Source of the DNA: Anaerocolumna sp.
GTDB taxonomy: Bacteria; Bacillota; Clostridia; Lachnospirales; Lachnospiraceae
Direction of reading: 5' to 3'
Assembly (NCBI GenBank): GCA_047972335.1
Contig: JBKEAO010000052.1
Location: 18,935 to 82,934, forward strand
Length of the DNA: 64,000 bases
The translations under genes were made by a program, and so were the position numbers. The notes beneath the pieces are model-generated. The model worked only from the letters and a program-made list of their open reading frames with translations, was not told the DNA's origin and ran no database searches. Numbering within the stretch: the first letter of the stretch is position 1; every line of letters begins with the position of its first letter. Shown in pieces: positions 29,539-40,196 of this stretch.

Positions 29539-30639
29539 TTGGAAAGATTATTAAAGTATAACCTACAGTTTTTCGCTGAAGGATCAGGTGGAGAAAAAAC
29601 AGAAGACGCCACTACCAAAAAGCTGACGGATGCAAGAAAAGAAGGCCAAGTAGCAAGAAGTACTGATTTAGTAACTGCAATTTCTTTACTATATTTATTT
29701 ATTATATTGAAAGTATCCGTAGCCTCCATTGGTAATAGCTTCATGTTATCCTTCTATGAATTTTATAACAATATGGACAAAGTTGCTACAGAAGAGTTTA
29801 ATGTAAATACTTCACAGATGTTAATTAATGAAGGGATTATTATAATCCTAAAAATACTGCTTCCTATACTTGGTGTTGCAGTTATAACCGCAATTATTGT
29901 TAATTTATTTCAGGTAAAGTGGGAGCCAACTGGTAAACCCTTAATGCCTAAATTTAGTAAGTTTAATCCAGTAAAAGGAGTAAAAAAGATATTTTCTCCT
30001 GAAAAAGCAATGGATTTGCTGAAAGAAGTTGTAAAAATAGGCGTAATTATTTATTTGGCCTATGATATATTAAAAGATTATAGTATCACATTTTTTAAAT
30101 TCTATGATATGGAACTTATGCAAGCTGTAAGTTTAACAGGACAAGTAGTAATAGAACTTGGAATTAATATTAGCATCGTATTTCTTATTCTTGGACTTGC
30201 AGACTATATCTATCAAAAATTTAAGTTTAAAAAAGATATGAAAATGTCTAAACAAGAAATTAAGGACGAATACAAGCAATCTGAAGGTGATCCACATGTA
30301 AAGGGTAAAATAAAGAGTAAGATGCGAGAAGTCTCACAAAGAAGAATGATGCAAGAACTTCCTAAGGCTGATGTAGTCATTACAAATCCTACTCATTTTG
30401 CCGCAGCCATTAAGTATGATAAAGAGGCTGCACAAGCACCGGTTCTTATAGCTAAGGGTGCAGATCATTTGGCGGCTAAAATCAAAGAGATTGCAAAAGA
30501 AAATAAAGTAGCCATTGTAGAAAATAAGCCACTTGCAAGAATGCTATACTATAATGTTGATGTTGGAAACGAAATTCCGCAAGAACTTTATCAGTTAACT
30601 GCTGAAGTTTTAGCTTATGTATATAATTTAAAAAACTAA
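29539..30639 (+). CDS. flhB: Export switch protein FlhB
   Basis: EKTEDAT..KL.DARKEGQV, KQSEGDP, NPTH autocleavage motif. Confidence 0.97.
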   Translation: MERLLKYNLQFFAEGSGGEKTEDATTKKLTDARKEGQVARSTDLVTAISLLYLFIILKVSVASIGNSFMLSFYEFYNNMDKVATEEFNVNTSQMLINEGIIIILKILLPILGVAVITAIIVNLFQVKWEPTGKPLMPKFSKFNPVKGVKKIFSPEKAMDLLKEVVKIGVIIYLAYDILKDYSITFFKFYDMELMQAVSLTGQVVIELGINISIVFLILGLADYIYQKFKFKKDMKMSKQEIKDEYKQSEGDPHVKGKIKSKMREVSQRRMMQELPKADVVITNPTHFAAAIKYDKEAAQAPVLIAKGADHLAAKIKEIAKENKVAIVENKPLARMLYYNVDVGNEIPQELYQLTAEVLAYVYNLKN

Positions 30640-30670
30640 ATGAATGAGATATTAAAGATTGTGTTATTAA

Positions 30671-30736
30671 AGATTATATTATGAAAGATAGATTATATTA
30701 TGAAAGATAGATTATATTATGAAAGATAGATTATAT
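30671..30736 (+). repeat. 19-bp tandem repeat AGATTATATTATGAAAGAT x3.5 between flhB and flhA
   Basis: Copies at 30671, 30690, 30709 plus a partial copy at 30728. Confidence 0.92.
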
Positions 30737-30778
30737 GATTAAGATTGAATTACTAAAGATGTTAAGGGGGTTATGCTA

Positions 30779-32812
30779 ATGAGAAAAACGGATTTGGCTA
30801 TTGGAGCGTATTTACTTGCTGCTATAATTTTTCTGATTGTACCAATTCCAGCTATTCTATTGGATTTTTTATTAGCATTAAATATAGCGATTGCTTTAGT
30901 TGTATTGTTTAATGCTTTGTTCTCGAGGGAAGTATTAAATATGGCTGCATTCCCAACCATATTGTTATTTACAACTATTTTTCGTATATCATTAAATGTA
31001 TCCTCTACAAAACTAATTATAACAACAGGTGAACCGGGTAATGTAGTTGAAACTTTTGGTAGTTTTGTTGGAGCAGGGGATCCTATTGTTGGTATTATTG
31101 TTTTTATCATATTAATCATTGTTCAGTTCATGGTTATCAATAAGGGCTCTGAACGTGTGGCTGAGGTTACTGCAAGATTTACTCTTGATGCTATGCCCGG
31201 TAAACAGATGGCAATTGATGCAGATTTAAATACTGGTGCAATTACAGATATTCAGGCAAAAGAAAGACGTGAAAAAATCCAGGAAGAAGCTAGTTTCTTT
31301 GGTTCTATGGACGGTGCCACGAAGTATGTAAAAGGTGATGCAGTTGCAGGTCTTATTATTACTTTAATTAACTTCATTGGTGGTATGGCTATGGGAGTCT
31401 TAAGACAAGGGGACTCCATGGTGGATGCATTTGATAAATATGCCCTTCTTACCATTGGTGATGGTTTAGTAAGTCAGATTCCGTCTCTTTTAATATCATT
31501 AGCTACAGGTATTTTGGTTACCAAAGTATCAAAAGAAGCGGATGTTGGAGATGTTCTTTTAAAGCAACTTTTTTCTATTCCTAAGGTCCTTTACATGGTT
31601 GGTGGTAGTTTGGCCTTTCTTGGTATTGCGACTCCCCTTAGTGATGTGATATTTATATTATATGGTATTGCTTTTATTGTTTCGGGTAGAGTTATTGCAA
31701 GTAAACTTGAGGTTAGCAGCATTGAAGAGCAAGCTTCTACAGAGGAATTAGAGGGAGATGAAATTAGAAGACCTGAAAATGTTGTATCCTTACTAAATGT
31801 AGATCCAATTGAATTGGAGTTTGGCTATGGAATTATTCCGCTTGCAGCTGTAAATCAAGGTGGTGACTTATTAGACCGTGTTGTATTAATCAGAAGACAA
31901 ATTGCATTAGAACTTGGATGTGTTGTACCTACTATAAGGCTAAGAGATAATATACAATTAAATCCAAATCAATATGTTATTAAAATAAAAGGCGTACAAG
32001 TTAGTGATGGTGAGATTTTATTTGATCACTATATGGCAATGAATCCAGGTTATGTAGAAGAAGAAATAACAGGTATTCCAACGTTTGAACCCTCCTTCCA
32101 TTTACCAGCCATATGGATTACAGAAAGCCAGAGAGAACGTGCGGAATCCTTAGGTTATACAGTAGTTGATCCACCTTCCATTATTGCGACCCATATTACT
32201 GAGGTAATAAGAAGTCATATCCATGAGCTTATGACAAGACAGGATGTACAAAACCTTATCAATAATATTCAGGAAGGAAATCAAGCCCTTGTATCTGAGT
32301 TAGTGCCTAAGCTATTAGGTGTTGGTGAAATACAAAAAGTACTTCAAAATCTTTTGAAAGAGGGCATTTCCATTCGTGATTTAATTACAATATTTGAAAC
32401 TCTTGCGGATTATGCACCTACTACAAGAGATACAGATGTTTTAACAGAATATGCAAGACAAAGTTTAAAACGCGCCATATCTGGCAAGTATTTTCCGCAT
32501 GGAGAGATGACAAGTGTGGTAACATTAGATCCTAAAGTGGAACAAGAAATTATGGGTGCGGTAAAGCAAACAGAGCAAGGTGCTTTTCTTTCCTTAGACC
32601 CTGAAAAGACAAAAGATATATTAAGCTCTGTAGAAGAAGAAGTAGGAAAATTAGAGAACTTAGGAAAGAGCCCTATTATAATTACTTCTCCAATTGTTAG
32701 AATGTATTTTAAAAAATTAACACAGGACTATTTTAAGGATTTGATTGTGATTTCTTACAATGAAATTGAATCCAACGTAGAATTGCAGTCCATAGGGATG
32801 GTGACAGTGTAG
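30779..32812 (+). CDS. flhA: Export apparatus protein FlhA
   Basis: RVAEVTARFTLDAMPGKQMAIDADL, FFGSMDGA.KYVKGDA, IGDGLVSQIP. Confidence 0.97.
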   Translation: MRKTDLAIGAYLLAAIIFLIVPIPAILLDFLLALNIAIALVVLFNALFSREVLNMAAFPTILLFTTIFRISLNVSSTKLIITTGEPGNVVETFGSFVGAGDPIVGIIVFIILIIVQFMVINKGSERVAEVTARFTLDAMPGKQMAIDADLNTGAITDIQAKERREKIQEEASFFGSMDGATKYVKGDAVAGLIITLINFIGGMAMGVLRQGDSMVDAFDKYALLTIGDGLVSQIPSLLISLATGILVTKVSKEADVGDVLLKQLFSIPKVLYMVGGSLAFLGIATPLSDVIFILYGIAFIVSGRVIASKLEVSSIEEQASTEELEGDEIRRPENVVSLLNVDPIELEFGYGIIPLAAVNQGGDLLDRVVLIRRQIALELGCVVPTIRLRDNIQLNPNQYVIKIKGVQVSDGEILFDHYMAMNPGYVEEEITGIPTFEPSFHLPAIWITESQRERAESLGYTVVDPPSIIATHITEVIRSHIHELMTRQDVQNLINNIQEGNQALVSELVPKLLGVGEIQKVLQNLLKEGISIRDLITIFETLADYAPTTRDTDVLTEYARQSLKRAISGKYFPHGEMTSVVTLDPKVEQEIMGAVKQTEQGAFLSLDPEKTKDILSSVEEEVGKLENLGKSPIIITSPIVRMYFKKLTQDYFKDLIVISYNEIESNVELQSIGMVTV

Positions 32813-34131
32813 TGATTATTAAAAAATTTCAAGCACAAACAGAGACAGAAGCAATTGTATTGGCGAAAAATGAACTAGGCAAAGATGCAATTGTAATGAA
32901 TATTAAGACGATTGCACCTAAGGGAATTTATCGTTTGTTTAAAAAATCTGTAGTGGAAGTAACCGCTGCTATTGATGAAAATAGTGGAGTCGTTTCTGGA
33001 AAGAATGATTTGTCTTATATCAATAATGGTCTACTAAAGAAAATAAGTGGTGAGGAAACAGAAGGTTTGAGTAATGACTCTGTAAAAGAAGAGAGTGCCA
33101 TTGAACAAAAACTAAATGCCTTACAGGCCCTTATAGAAAAACAATTAGAAGATAAGCAGTTAGAGGATGGACTAAATAGGAAAAAGAATCCAAACAATCA
33201 AATTGAGCAGGAAAATCATTTTGCAAAGGATAATCCACTTGCCCTGGACGAACATTTTTCACAAGACACACAATATGATGGGGAAGGCCAAGTTGATCTT
33301 AGTCTTTCTACTATTGCAAAAGATGTGAAACAAAATGGAAGAAAGCCATATTTGGATCTGGTTTATAACCAGCTCATCAAAAATGAAGTGGATGAAGTTT
33401 ATGTTACTCAAATTATCAATGAACTAGATAGTAAGTATGGTAAGGAAACACCTATAGATAATATATTATCTAATGTATATCAAAAAATAATTCTGAAATT
33501 AGGTCAGCCAAAAGGGATTGAGGTAAAACCAGACTGTACAAAGTTTATCTTTTTTATAGGTCCTACAGGCGTTGGAAAAACAACAACAATTGCAAAAATA
33601 GCATCTGATTTTAAGCTGAATCAAAAGGTTAAAGTAGCGATGCTTACTTCTGATACTTATAGAATTGCTGCAGTGGAACAACTTAGAACCTATGCGAATA
33701 TTCTTAGTATTCCTATGAAAGTCATATATACGGAAGAGGAGATGGAAGAAGCGAGAAGAGATTTTTATGAATACGATATTATACTAGTAGATACTGCTGG
33801 TAGATCTCATAAAAATGCAGAGCAAAAAGATGATCTGACGCGACTCATTAACACCATACCTAAGGAGGAGAGAGAAATTTACCTGGTGTTAAGTGCTACC
33901 ACCAAATATAAAGATTTAGTAAGAATTACAGAAAGTTACAATGACTTTACTGAATATAGACTTATCTTTACAAAGTTAGACGAAACAATTTCAGTAGGTA
34001 ATATTTTTAATATAAAAATGCTTACAAGTAAGGAGTTATCCTATACCACATCTGGGCAAAACGTGCCAGATGATATTAGTAAAATAGACACCCAAGAAAC
34101 CGCGAAAAAATTACTAGGAGGCAATGACTAA
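32812..34131 (+). CDS. flhF: SRP-type GTPase FlhF
   Basis: GPTGVGKTTTIAK, DTYRIAAVEQL, DTAGRS, TKLDET, GQNVPDD. Confidence 0.96.
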   Translation: MIIKKFQAQTETEAIVLAKNELGKDAIVMNIKTIAPKGIYRLFKKSVVEVTAAIDENSGVVSGKNDLSYINNGLLKKISGEETEGLSNDSVKEESAIEQKLNALQALIEKQLEDKQLEDGLNRKKNPNNQIEQENHFAKDNPLALDEHFSQDTQYDGEGQVDLSLSTIAKDVKQNGRKPYLDLVYNQLIKNEVDEVYVTQIINELDSKYGKETPIDNILSNVYQKIILKLGQPKGIEVKPDCTKFIFFIGPTGVGKTTTIAKIASDFKLNQKVKVAMLTSDTYRIAAVEQLRTYANILSIPMKVIYTEEEMEEARRDFYEYDIILVDTAGRSHKNAEQKDDLTRLINTIPKEEREIYLVLSATTKYKDLVRITESYNDFTEYRLIFTKLDETISVGNIFNIKMLTSKELSYTTSGQNVPDDISKIDTQETAKKLLGGND

Positions 34132-35010
34132 ATGGACCAGGCTCAACAGTTGAGAAATATAATAAAACAGCATAATCAGGTTCGTAGTACTGCTAGAGTT
34201 ATTACAGTTACAAGTGGTAAAGGTGGTGTTGGTAAATCCAATATATCTGTGAATTTAGGTCTTAGTTTATGTAAGTTAGGAAAACGTGTAGTAATATTAG
34301 ATGCAGACTTTGGCTTTGCCAATGTTGAAGTAATGCTAGGTATTAGACCCGATTATAATCTATCTGATCTCATGTTTCACGGCAGAGGGTTAAAGGAGAT
34401 TATTACAAAAGGTCCAGAAAATCTGGGATTTATATCTGGAGGGTCAGGTATCTCAGAACTTTCTAATATTTCAAGGCCACAAATCGAATATTTAACCCAA
34501 AAGCTATATGAACTAGATGAAATAGCTGATATAATAATTATTGATACAGGGGCAGGGTTATCAGAAAGTGTTTTAGAATTTGTAATGGCTAGTTCAGAAG
34601 TTTTACTAGTGGTTACACCAGAACCTACGTCTATTACAGATGCCTATGCTTTACTTAAGATATTAAATAAGAAATTAGATTTTAGTACAGAACAGACTGC
34701 AATTAAAATGATTGCAAACCGCGTTGATACAAAAGAAGAAGCAAAACATTTGTATACGAAATTAAATATGGTAGTAGAGAAGTTCTTAACAGTAAAATTG
34801 GATTATCTAGGAGGTATACCACAAGATAGTAATGTGACGAAAGCTGTTATGCAACAAAAGCCATACTCTTTGTTATATCCAAATTCTCCATCTACAAAAG
34901 CTGTTTATGATCTTGCAAATACATTATGTGACAATGTTGTAGAAAAATCCAATACAGGTAAGGGCATTGCACAGCTATTCTCGAATTTGTTACATATGCG
35001 GCTAAAATAA
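34132..35010 (+). CDS. flhG: MinD-like ATPase FlhG
   Basis: MDQAQQLR, TSGKGGVGKSN, PEPTSITDAY. Confidence 0.95.
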   Translation: MDQAQQLRNIIKQHNQVRSTARVITVTSGKGGVGKSNISVNLGLSLCKLGKRVVILDADFGFANVEVMLGIRPDYNLSDLMFHGRGLKEIITKGPENLGFISGGSGISELSNISRPQIEYLTQKLYELDEIADIIIIDTGAGLSESVLEFVMASSEVLLVVTPEPTSITDAYALLKILNKKLDFSTEQTAIKMIANRVDTKEEAKHLYTKLNMVVEKFLTVKLDYLGGIPQDSNVTKAVMQQKPYSLLYPNSPSTKAVYDLANTLCDNVVEKSNTGKGIAQLFSNLLHMRLK

Positions 35011-35029
35011 ATGTGGGGGAGTTTGGCTT

Positions 35030-35794
35030 ATGATTCATGATTTCGTGTCGATTGGGGATAAACTGGAGTTATCGAAAATTAGACTTAGTACGATTGAATT
35101 GGATAATGAAAAGGTTTATAAAAGTCAGATACAAGACTTTGTAGATGATAAAACCTTAGTTATTTTAATGCCAATGGAAAAGGTACGTATTATTCCTTTG
35201 ACAGTTGGAGATATATATAACATTCGTTTTTTTACAAGGAAAGGACTTTATCAATGCAATTCGGTTATTATTGGAAGAGCTAAACTTAACAACATCTATG
35301 TATTAACAGTTGAGTTGACTTCTGATTTTGAGAAGATGCAGCGAAGGGAGTTTTACCGTCTTGAGTGTGTATTAGATTTGGAATATTATGTGTTATCTAA
35401 TGAGGAACTATCTATCATAAATAAAATCAGAGGGAATTATTTTAAGAATGATAAAGAATTTGACGAAACTTTAACGAAACTAGATGAGTGTAATCGTGGG
35501 TGGAAAAAAGGAATTGCTATCGATATTAGTGGCGGGGGTGTTAAATTCGTTTCAGATGAATTACATGAACAGGGAAATATGATACATATCTCTATTGGAA
35601 TTGATGGGATGAATCAATTAAAGAATAAATGGTTAAAAGCCATGATTATATCATCCGAACAGCTTATAAATAAAAAAGGGGCTTATGAACATAGGGTACA
35701 GTTTAAAGACATCTCAAAAGATGATAGGGAAATGATTATTAAATATATCTTCACGGAAGAGAGAAAGAAAAGAAATAAAGACAAAGGGGTTTAA
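35030..35794 (+). CDS. YcgR/PilZ c-di-GMP-binding flagellar brake-like protein
   Basis: QRREFYR (RxxxR) and DISGGG (D/NxSxxG) motifs both intact. Confidence 0.88.
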   Translation: MIHDFVSIGDKLELSKIRLSTIELDNEKVYKSQIQDFVDDKTLVILMPMEKVRIIPLTVGDIYNIRFFTRKGLYQCNSVIIGRAKLNNIYVLTVELTSDFEKMQRREFYRLECVLDLEYYVLSNEELSIINKIRGNYFKNDKEFDETLTKLDECNRGWKKGIAIDISGGGVKFVSDELHEQGNMIHISIGIDGMNQLKNKWLKAMIISSEQLINKKGAYEHRVQFKDISKDDREMIIKYIFTEERKKRNKDKGV

Positions 35795-35833
35795 AGGGTA
35801 TAAAAGGGGTTTTTAGCATAACGGAGGCGAAAT

Positions 35834-37003
35834 ATGCAGAAAAAAGTTTTGGTAGTCGATGACTCTGCACTCATGAGAAGGGTGCTCTCTGATATAATTA
35901 ACTCAGATCCAAGGTTTCAAGTTTCTAAAGTCGCTACAAATGGATTAGAAGCCCTCAATTATTTGACACAGGAAAGAATAAGTTTTGACGCTGTTATTTT
36001 AGATATTAATATGCCGAAAATGAATGGGTTAGAGTTACTAGAGCATCTAGAAAAGTTTAAAGTAAAGGCAACAATCATTATGGTTAGTACCTTGGCAAAA
36101 GAAGGAGCAGCAGAAACCATAAGAGCCCTTGAGTTAGGAGCATTTGATTTTGTCACAAAACCTGAAAGTTTCTTTGATGTAAAAAGTGATAAATTTAAGA
36201 ATAATATCATTGATTCCCTGTTAGTGGCAACCAAGATTGATCAGATGAATGTTAGGGATGTAATACAGACTGAAAAGGAAAGTATTTCCCTATACAAGAA
36301 GGCGAATCAATCCATGGAGATTCGATCCAAAGAGATGCAATCCAAAATAAATCAATCCAAAGAAGTGCAATCAAAGGTACCAGTAAGAAACAGTGTGAGA
36401 AGATTTAGAACTACCGGTGAGTCAAAAAAATTAGTAGCAATCGCCTGTTCAACTGGGGGGCCTAAAGCGTTACAACAGGTAATTCCCAAACTGGTAGAAA
36501 ATATAGGATGTAGTGTTTTGGTAGTTCAACATATGCCAGAAGGCTTTACGGCTTCCCTTGCCCACCGTTTGAATGAATTAAGTTGTCTAACTGTGAAAGA
36601 AAGTGGCCATAAGGATATCCTATCGCCTGGTACTGTATATATTGCAAAAGGTGGAAGTCAGATGAGAGTTTGCACAACAGACAGAGGTGTTTCTTCTTTG
36701 GAAGTAACAGTAGAACCTGCTAAAAATGGATTAAGACCTTGTGCGGATTATATGTTTGAATCCATTATAGATACAGATTTTACGGATATAACTTGTGTTG
36801 TCTTAACTGGAATGGGAAGCGATGGAACCAAAGGAATAAAACAATTAAAAGAAAATAAAAATATTTATGTAATAGCACAAGATGAGGCAACCAGTACCGT
36901 ATATGGGATGCCAAAGGTAGTTGCACAAACAGGACTTGTTGATGAAATAGTTCCACTAGACCAAATTGCAAGTGCTATACTAAAGAATCTGGGGGTACAG
37001 TAG
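35834..37003 (+). CDS. cheB: Chemotaxis methylesterase CheB
   Basis: REC domain plus CSTGGP, QHMP, LTGMGSDG, YGMP. Confidence 0.96.
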   Translation: MQKKVLVVDDSALMRRVLSDIINSDPRFQVSKVATNGLEALNYLTQERISFDAVILDINMPKMNGLELLEHLEKFKVKATIIMVSTLAKEGAAETIRALELGAFDFVTKPESFFDVKSDKFKNNIIDSLLVATKIDQMNVRDVIQTEKESISLYKKANQSMEIRSKEMQSKINQSKEVQSKVPVRNSVRRFRTTGESKKLVAIACSTGGPKALQQVIPKLVENIGCSVLVVQHMPEGFTASLAHRLNELSCLTVKESGHKDILSPGTVYIAKGGSQMRVCTTDRGVSSLEVTVEPAKNGLRPCADYMFESIIDTDFTDITCVVLTGMGSDGTKGIKQLKENKNIYVIAQDEATSTVYGMPKVVAQTGLVDEIVPLDQIASAILKNLGVQ

Positions 37004-37004
37004 A

Positions 37005-39101
37005 ATGGATGTAAGTCAATATTTAGAGATTTTTATTGATGAAACGAAGGAACATTTGCAGAGTTTAAATCAGCAGTTATTGGTACTAGAAACAGAACCT
37101 GAAAATGTAGAAACAATTAATGAAATTTTTAGAGCGGCACATTCCTTAAAGGGTATGGCTGGTACCATGGGTTATAAAAGAATGCAACACTTAACCCATG
37201 ATATGGAAAATGTTTTTTCTGAAATCAGAAATGGAAAAATGGGTGTGACAGCTGATCTTGTTGATGTGTTATTTAAAGGTTTAGATGCATTAGAAGCTTA
37301 TCTTAGTAATATACAAGAAAGTGCTGATGAAGGAACTGAGGATCATGAAGATATCATTAAACAGTTAAATACTATTTTAGATATCGGGTTAGGAAAGGTC
37401 ACTCCTGTTAAAATTGAAAGTGCAAAACCAGTAACAGTACAACCAGATGCAGTACAACCTACTATGGGACAAGAAGTTAAGAATGAGGCGTCCTTAGAAT
37501 ATAAACCTTTACCACTTGCTGATTATGAAAAAAGAGCAATCAATAAAGCAGCAGGTGTAGGTGTGAAAGCCTATGGATTGACAGTATACATACATGAATA
37601 TTGTATCCTAAAAGCTGCAAGAGCATTTCTAGTATTTAAAGCATTAGAAGGTCTTGGAGATGTTATTAAGTCTAACCCTGAAGTACAGGACATCGAAGAT
37701 GAAAAATTTGAATATGACTTTAGTGTGGTACTATTAACAAAAGCAGAAGCAGATAAAGTAAGAAGTGCGGTACTAAATGTATCTGAAATTAAAGATGTGG
37801 TAATTGAATCGGTTACAGTGGAGTATATGGAAGATAAAGAGACTTCCTCTAATACTGAGACAAGCTCTGAAGCCGAAAAAACCAAAACAAATGAAACTGT
37901 AAAAGCAACTTCACAGACGCCTTCTAAACAAGGGGCAAAACCTGTAGTGAACAGATCAGTAAGAGTAGACATTGAGAAATTAGATGTATTAATGAACTTG
38001 GTAAGTGAATTAATTATAGCAAAAAATGGATTGGTATCTATTAGTTCAACTGAAAAAAATGCGTCTGCAGCTGGTTTTAATGAACAAATTGAATATTTAG
38101 AACGGGTGACCACCAATCTTCATGAATCAGTTATGAAAGTTCGAATGGTTCCTATTGAAAGTGTAGTGAATCGTTTCCCTAGAATGATTCGTGATTTATC
38201 TAAGAAGTTAGATAAAAAGATGGAATTATATATGACAGGTGAAGAAACAGAGCTAGACAGAACGGTAATTGACGAAATTGGAGATCCATTGATGCATTTA
38301 TTGCGAAATGCTGCAGATCATGGTCTTGAAAGTAGCGAAGAGCGAGTTGCAAACGGAAAATCACCAATAGGATCTATTTATTTAGATGCCTACCAAGATG
38401 GCAATAATGTCGTGATAGAAGTAAGAGATGATGGTGCTGGAATTAATGTGGACAGGGTACGCAAAAAGGCAGTTGAAAAAGGTACCTTAAGTGCTGATGC
38501 CGCAGATCTTATGTCAGATAAAGAAATTATAGATTTGTTATTTAAACCAAGCTTTTCTACTGCAGAGGTAATTACAGATGTTTCTGGTCGTGGCGTTGGA
38601 CTTGACGTAGTTAAAACAAAGATAGAAGCATTAGGCGGAGATATTGAAGCTAAGAGTAAGCTTGGAGAAGGTAGTAATTTTACGATTCGATTACCACTAA
38701 CTCTGGCAATCATTCAAGCGCTTATGGTTGAACTAGGTACCGAAAAATATGCAATTCCTCTTGGAAGTATTCAAACAATAGAAGATGTATTAAGTGCTGA
38801 TATCAAATATGTACACTCCAAGGAAGTGATTAATTTAAGAGGTACTGTTATACCTCTTGTACGTTTAGATAAGCTATTAGATGTGCCTGAAACAGAGGAA
38901 GAATTAGAGAATTTAACCGTTGTCATAGTTTCAAAAGGCGATAGATTGGCTGGAATCGTAGTGGATAATCTCATTGGACAACAAGAAATTGTTATTAAAT
39001 CGATTGGAAAATATATTAATAACAATAAGATAATTGGAGGTGCTACCATTTTAGGTGATGGTGAAGTGGCCCTGATTCTAGACGTTAATACATTGGTATA
39101 A
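37005..39101 (+). CDS. cheA: Chemotaxis histidine kinase CheA
   Basis: FRAAHSLKGM (Hpt), HLLRNAADHG, DDGAGI, SGRGVGLDVV, CheW-like C-terminus. Confidence 0.97.
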   Translation: MDVSQYLEIFIDETKEHLQSLNQQLLVLETEPENVETINEIFRAAHSLKGMAGTMGYKRMQHLTHDMENVFSEIRNGKMGVTADLVDVLFKGLDALEAYLSNIQESADEGTEDHEDIIKQLNTILDIGLGKVTPVKIESAKPVTVQPDAVQPTMGQEVKNEASLEYKPLPLADYEKRAINKAAGVGVKAYGLTVYIHEYCILKAARAFLVFKALEGLGDVIKSNPEVQDIEDEKFEYDFSVVLLTKAEADKVRSAVLNVSEIKDVVIESVTVEYMEDKETSSNTETSSEAEKTKTNETVKATSQTPSKQGAKPVVNRSVRVDIEKLDVLMNLVSELIIAKNGLVSISSTEKNASAAGFNEQIEYLERVTTNLHESVMKVRMVPIESVVNRFPRMIRDLSKKLDKKMELYMTGEETELDRTVIDEIGDPLMHLLRNAADHGLESSEERVANGKSPIGSIYLDAYQDGNNVVIEVRDDGAGINVDRVRKKAVEKGTLSADAADLMSDKEIIDLLFKPSFSTAEVITDVSGRGVGLDVVKTKIEALGGDIEAKSKLGEGSNFTIRLPLTLAIIQALMVELGTEKYAIPLGSIQTIEDVLSADIKYVHSKEVINLRGTVIPLVRLDKLLDVPETEEELENLTVVIVSKGDRLAGIVVDNLIGQQEIVIKSIGKYINNNKIIGGATILGDGEVALILDVNTLV

Positions 39102-39114
39102 GGGGGAGGATAAC

Positions 39115-39558
39115 ATGGAAGCAAATACAAATGATTTAAAGCAATATATTGTGGTTAAAATAGGTATTGAACAATATGGTATTGATATTAAATATGTTGA
39201 CAACATTGTTAGAATGCAACGTATAACAAGAGTTCCAAAGGCCCAACCCTACTTTAAGGGAGTGATTAATTTAAGAGGTGAAATTATTCCTGTAATGAGT
39301 TTACGTCTTAAGTTTCAATTAGATGACGATGTATTAACCAATGCATCAAGAATTATAATTATTAAATTAGAACCACAATCAGCGGTTGGTATTATTGTAG
39401 ATGAAGTAAAAGAAGTAGTTACTTTAGAAGATTCTATGATTGAAAAGGTTACAAATAGTGCAGTACAAGATAAAAACGGGTACTTAAGTGGAATAGGAAA
39501 ACACAATGACGGTTTAATTTCTCTACTTAATATAGCAGGCGTTATTATCGACACCTAA
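39115..39558 (+). CDS. cheW: CheW
   Basis: GVINLRGEIIPV, GIIVDEV. Confidence 0.95.
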   Translation: MEANTNDLKQYIVVKIGIEQYGIDIKYVDNIVRMQRITRVPKAQPYFKGVINLRGEIIPVMSLRLKFQLDDDVLTNASRIIIIKLEPQSAVGIIVDEVKEVVTLEDSMIEKVTNSAVQDKNGYLSGIGKHNDGLISLLNIAGVIIDT

Positions 39559-39564
39559 TAAGGA

Positions 39565-40188
39565 GTGATAAAGTTGTCAAAGATTGATTTAAACAAAATA
39601 AATAGCATGCAATATGATGTTCTAAAGGAAATTGGAAATATAGGTGCTGGAAACGCAACTACAGCACTTTCTACAATGATAAATGGGAAGATCGATATGA
39701 GTGTTCCCAAAGTGGCACTGCTAGAGTTTAAAGAATTGCCTGATATGGTAGGTGGTGCTGAACATATTGTTGTGGGTATTCTAATTACATTAGAAGGCGA
39801 AATAAATGGTATGATGATGTTTATGATGGACTTAGAATCAGCCCATCATTTGGTTAATATTTTATTAGGGAAAAATAAAGAAGATACAGAATTTTCTGAT
39901 ATGGAGTATTCAGCATTAAAAGAAATTGGAAATATAATTGCTGGTGCTTATCTATCTTCTTTATCTACCCTAACTAATATCAAAATTAGTGCTAGTATAC
40001 CCTATATGTCCATTGATATGGCAGGTGCAATCTTAAGTGTACCAGCCATAGAGTTTGGAAAAGTGGGAGATAAAGCGTTGATGATTGAAACTATGTTTAC
40101 CAAAGACGACTCAGATGTAAATGGTTATTTTATTCTGATACCAAGTTTAGAATCATACGCCGTTATTTTGTCATCCTTAGGGTTATAG
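39565..40188 (+). CDS. cheC: CheC phosphatase
   Basis: DVLKEIGNIGAGNA and SALKEIGNII motifs. Confidence 0.95.
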   Translation: MIKLSKIDLNKINSMQYDVLKEIGNIGAGNATTALSTMINGKIDMSVPKVALLEFKELPDMVGGAEHIVVGILITLEGEINGMMMFMMDLESAHHLVNILLGKNKEDTEFSDMEYSALKEIGNIIAGAYLSSLSTLTNIKISASIPYMSIDMAGAILSVPAIEFGKVGDKALMIETMFTKDDSDVNGYFILIPSLESYAVILSSLGL

Positions 40189-40196
40189 GTGGATGT

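Noticed and set aside
30671..30736. Possible CRISPR array (also considered for 46302-46430)
   Set aside because: Head-to-tail repeats with no unique spacers, and no cas genes in the window
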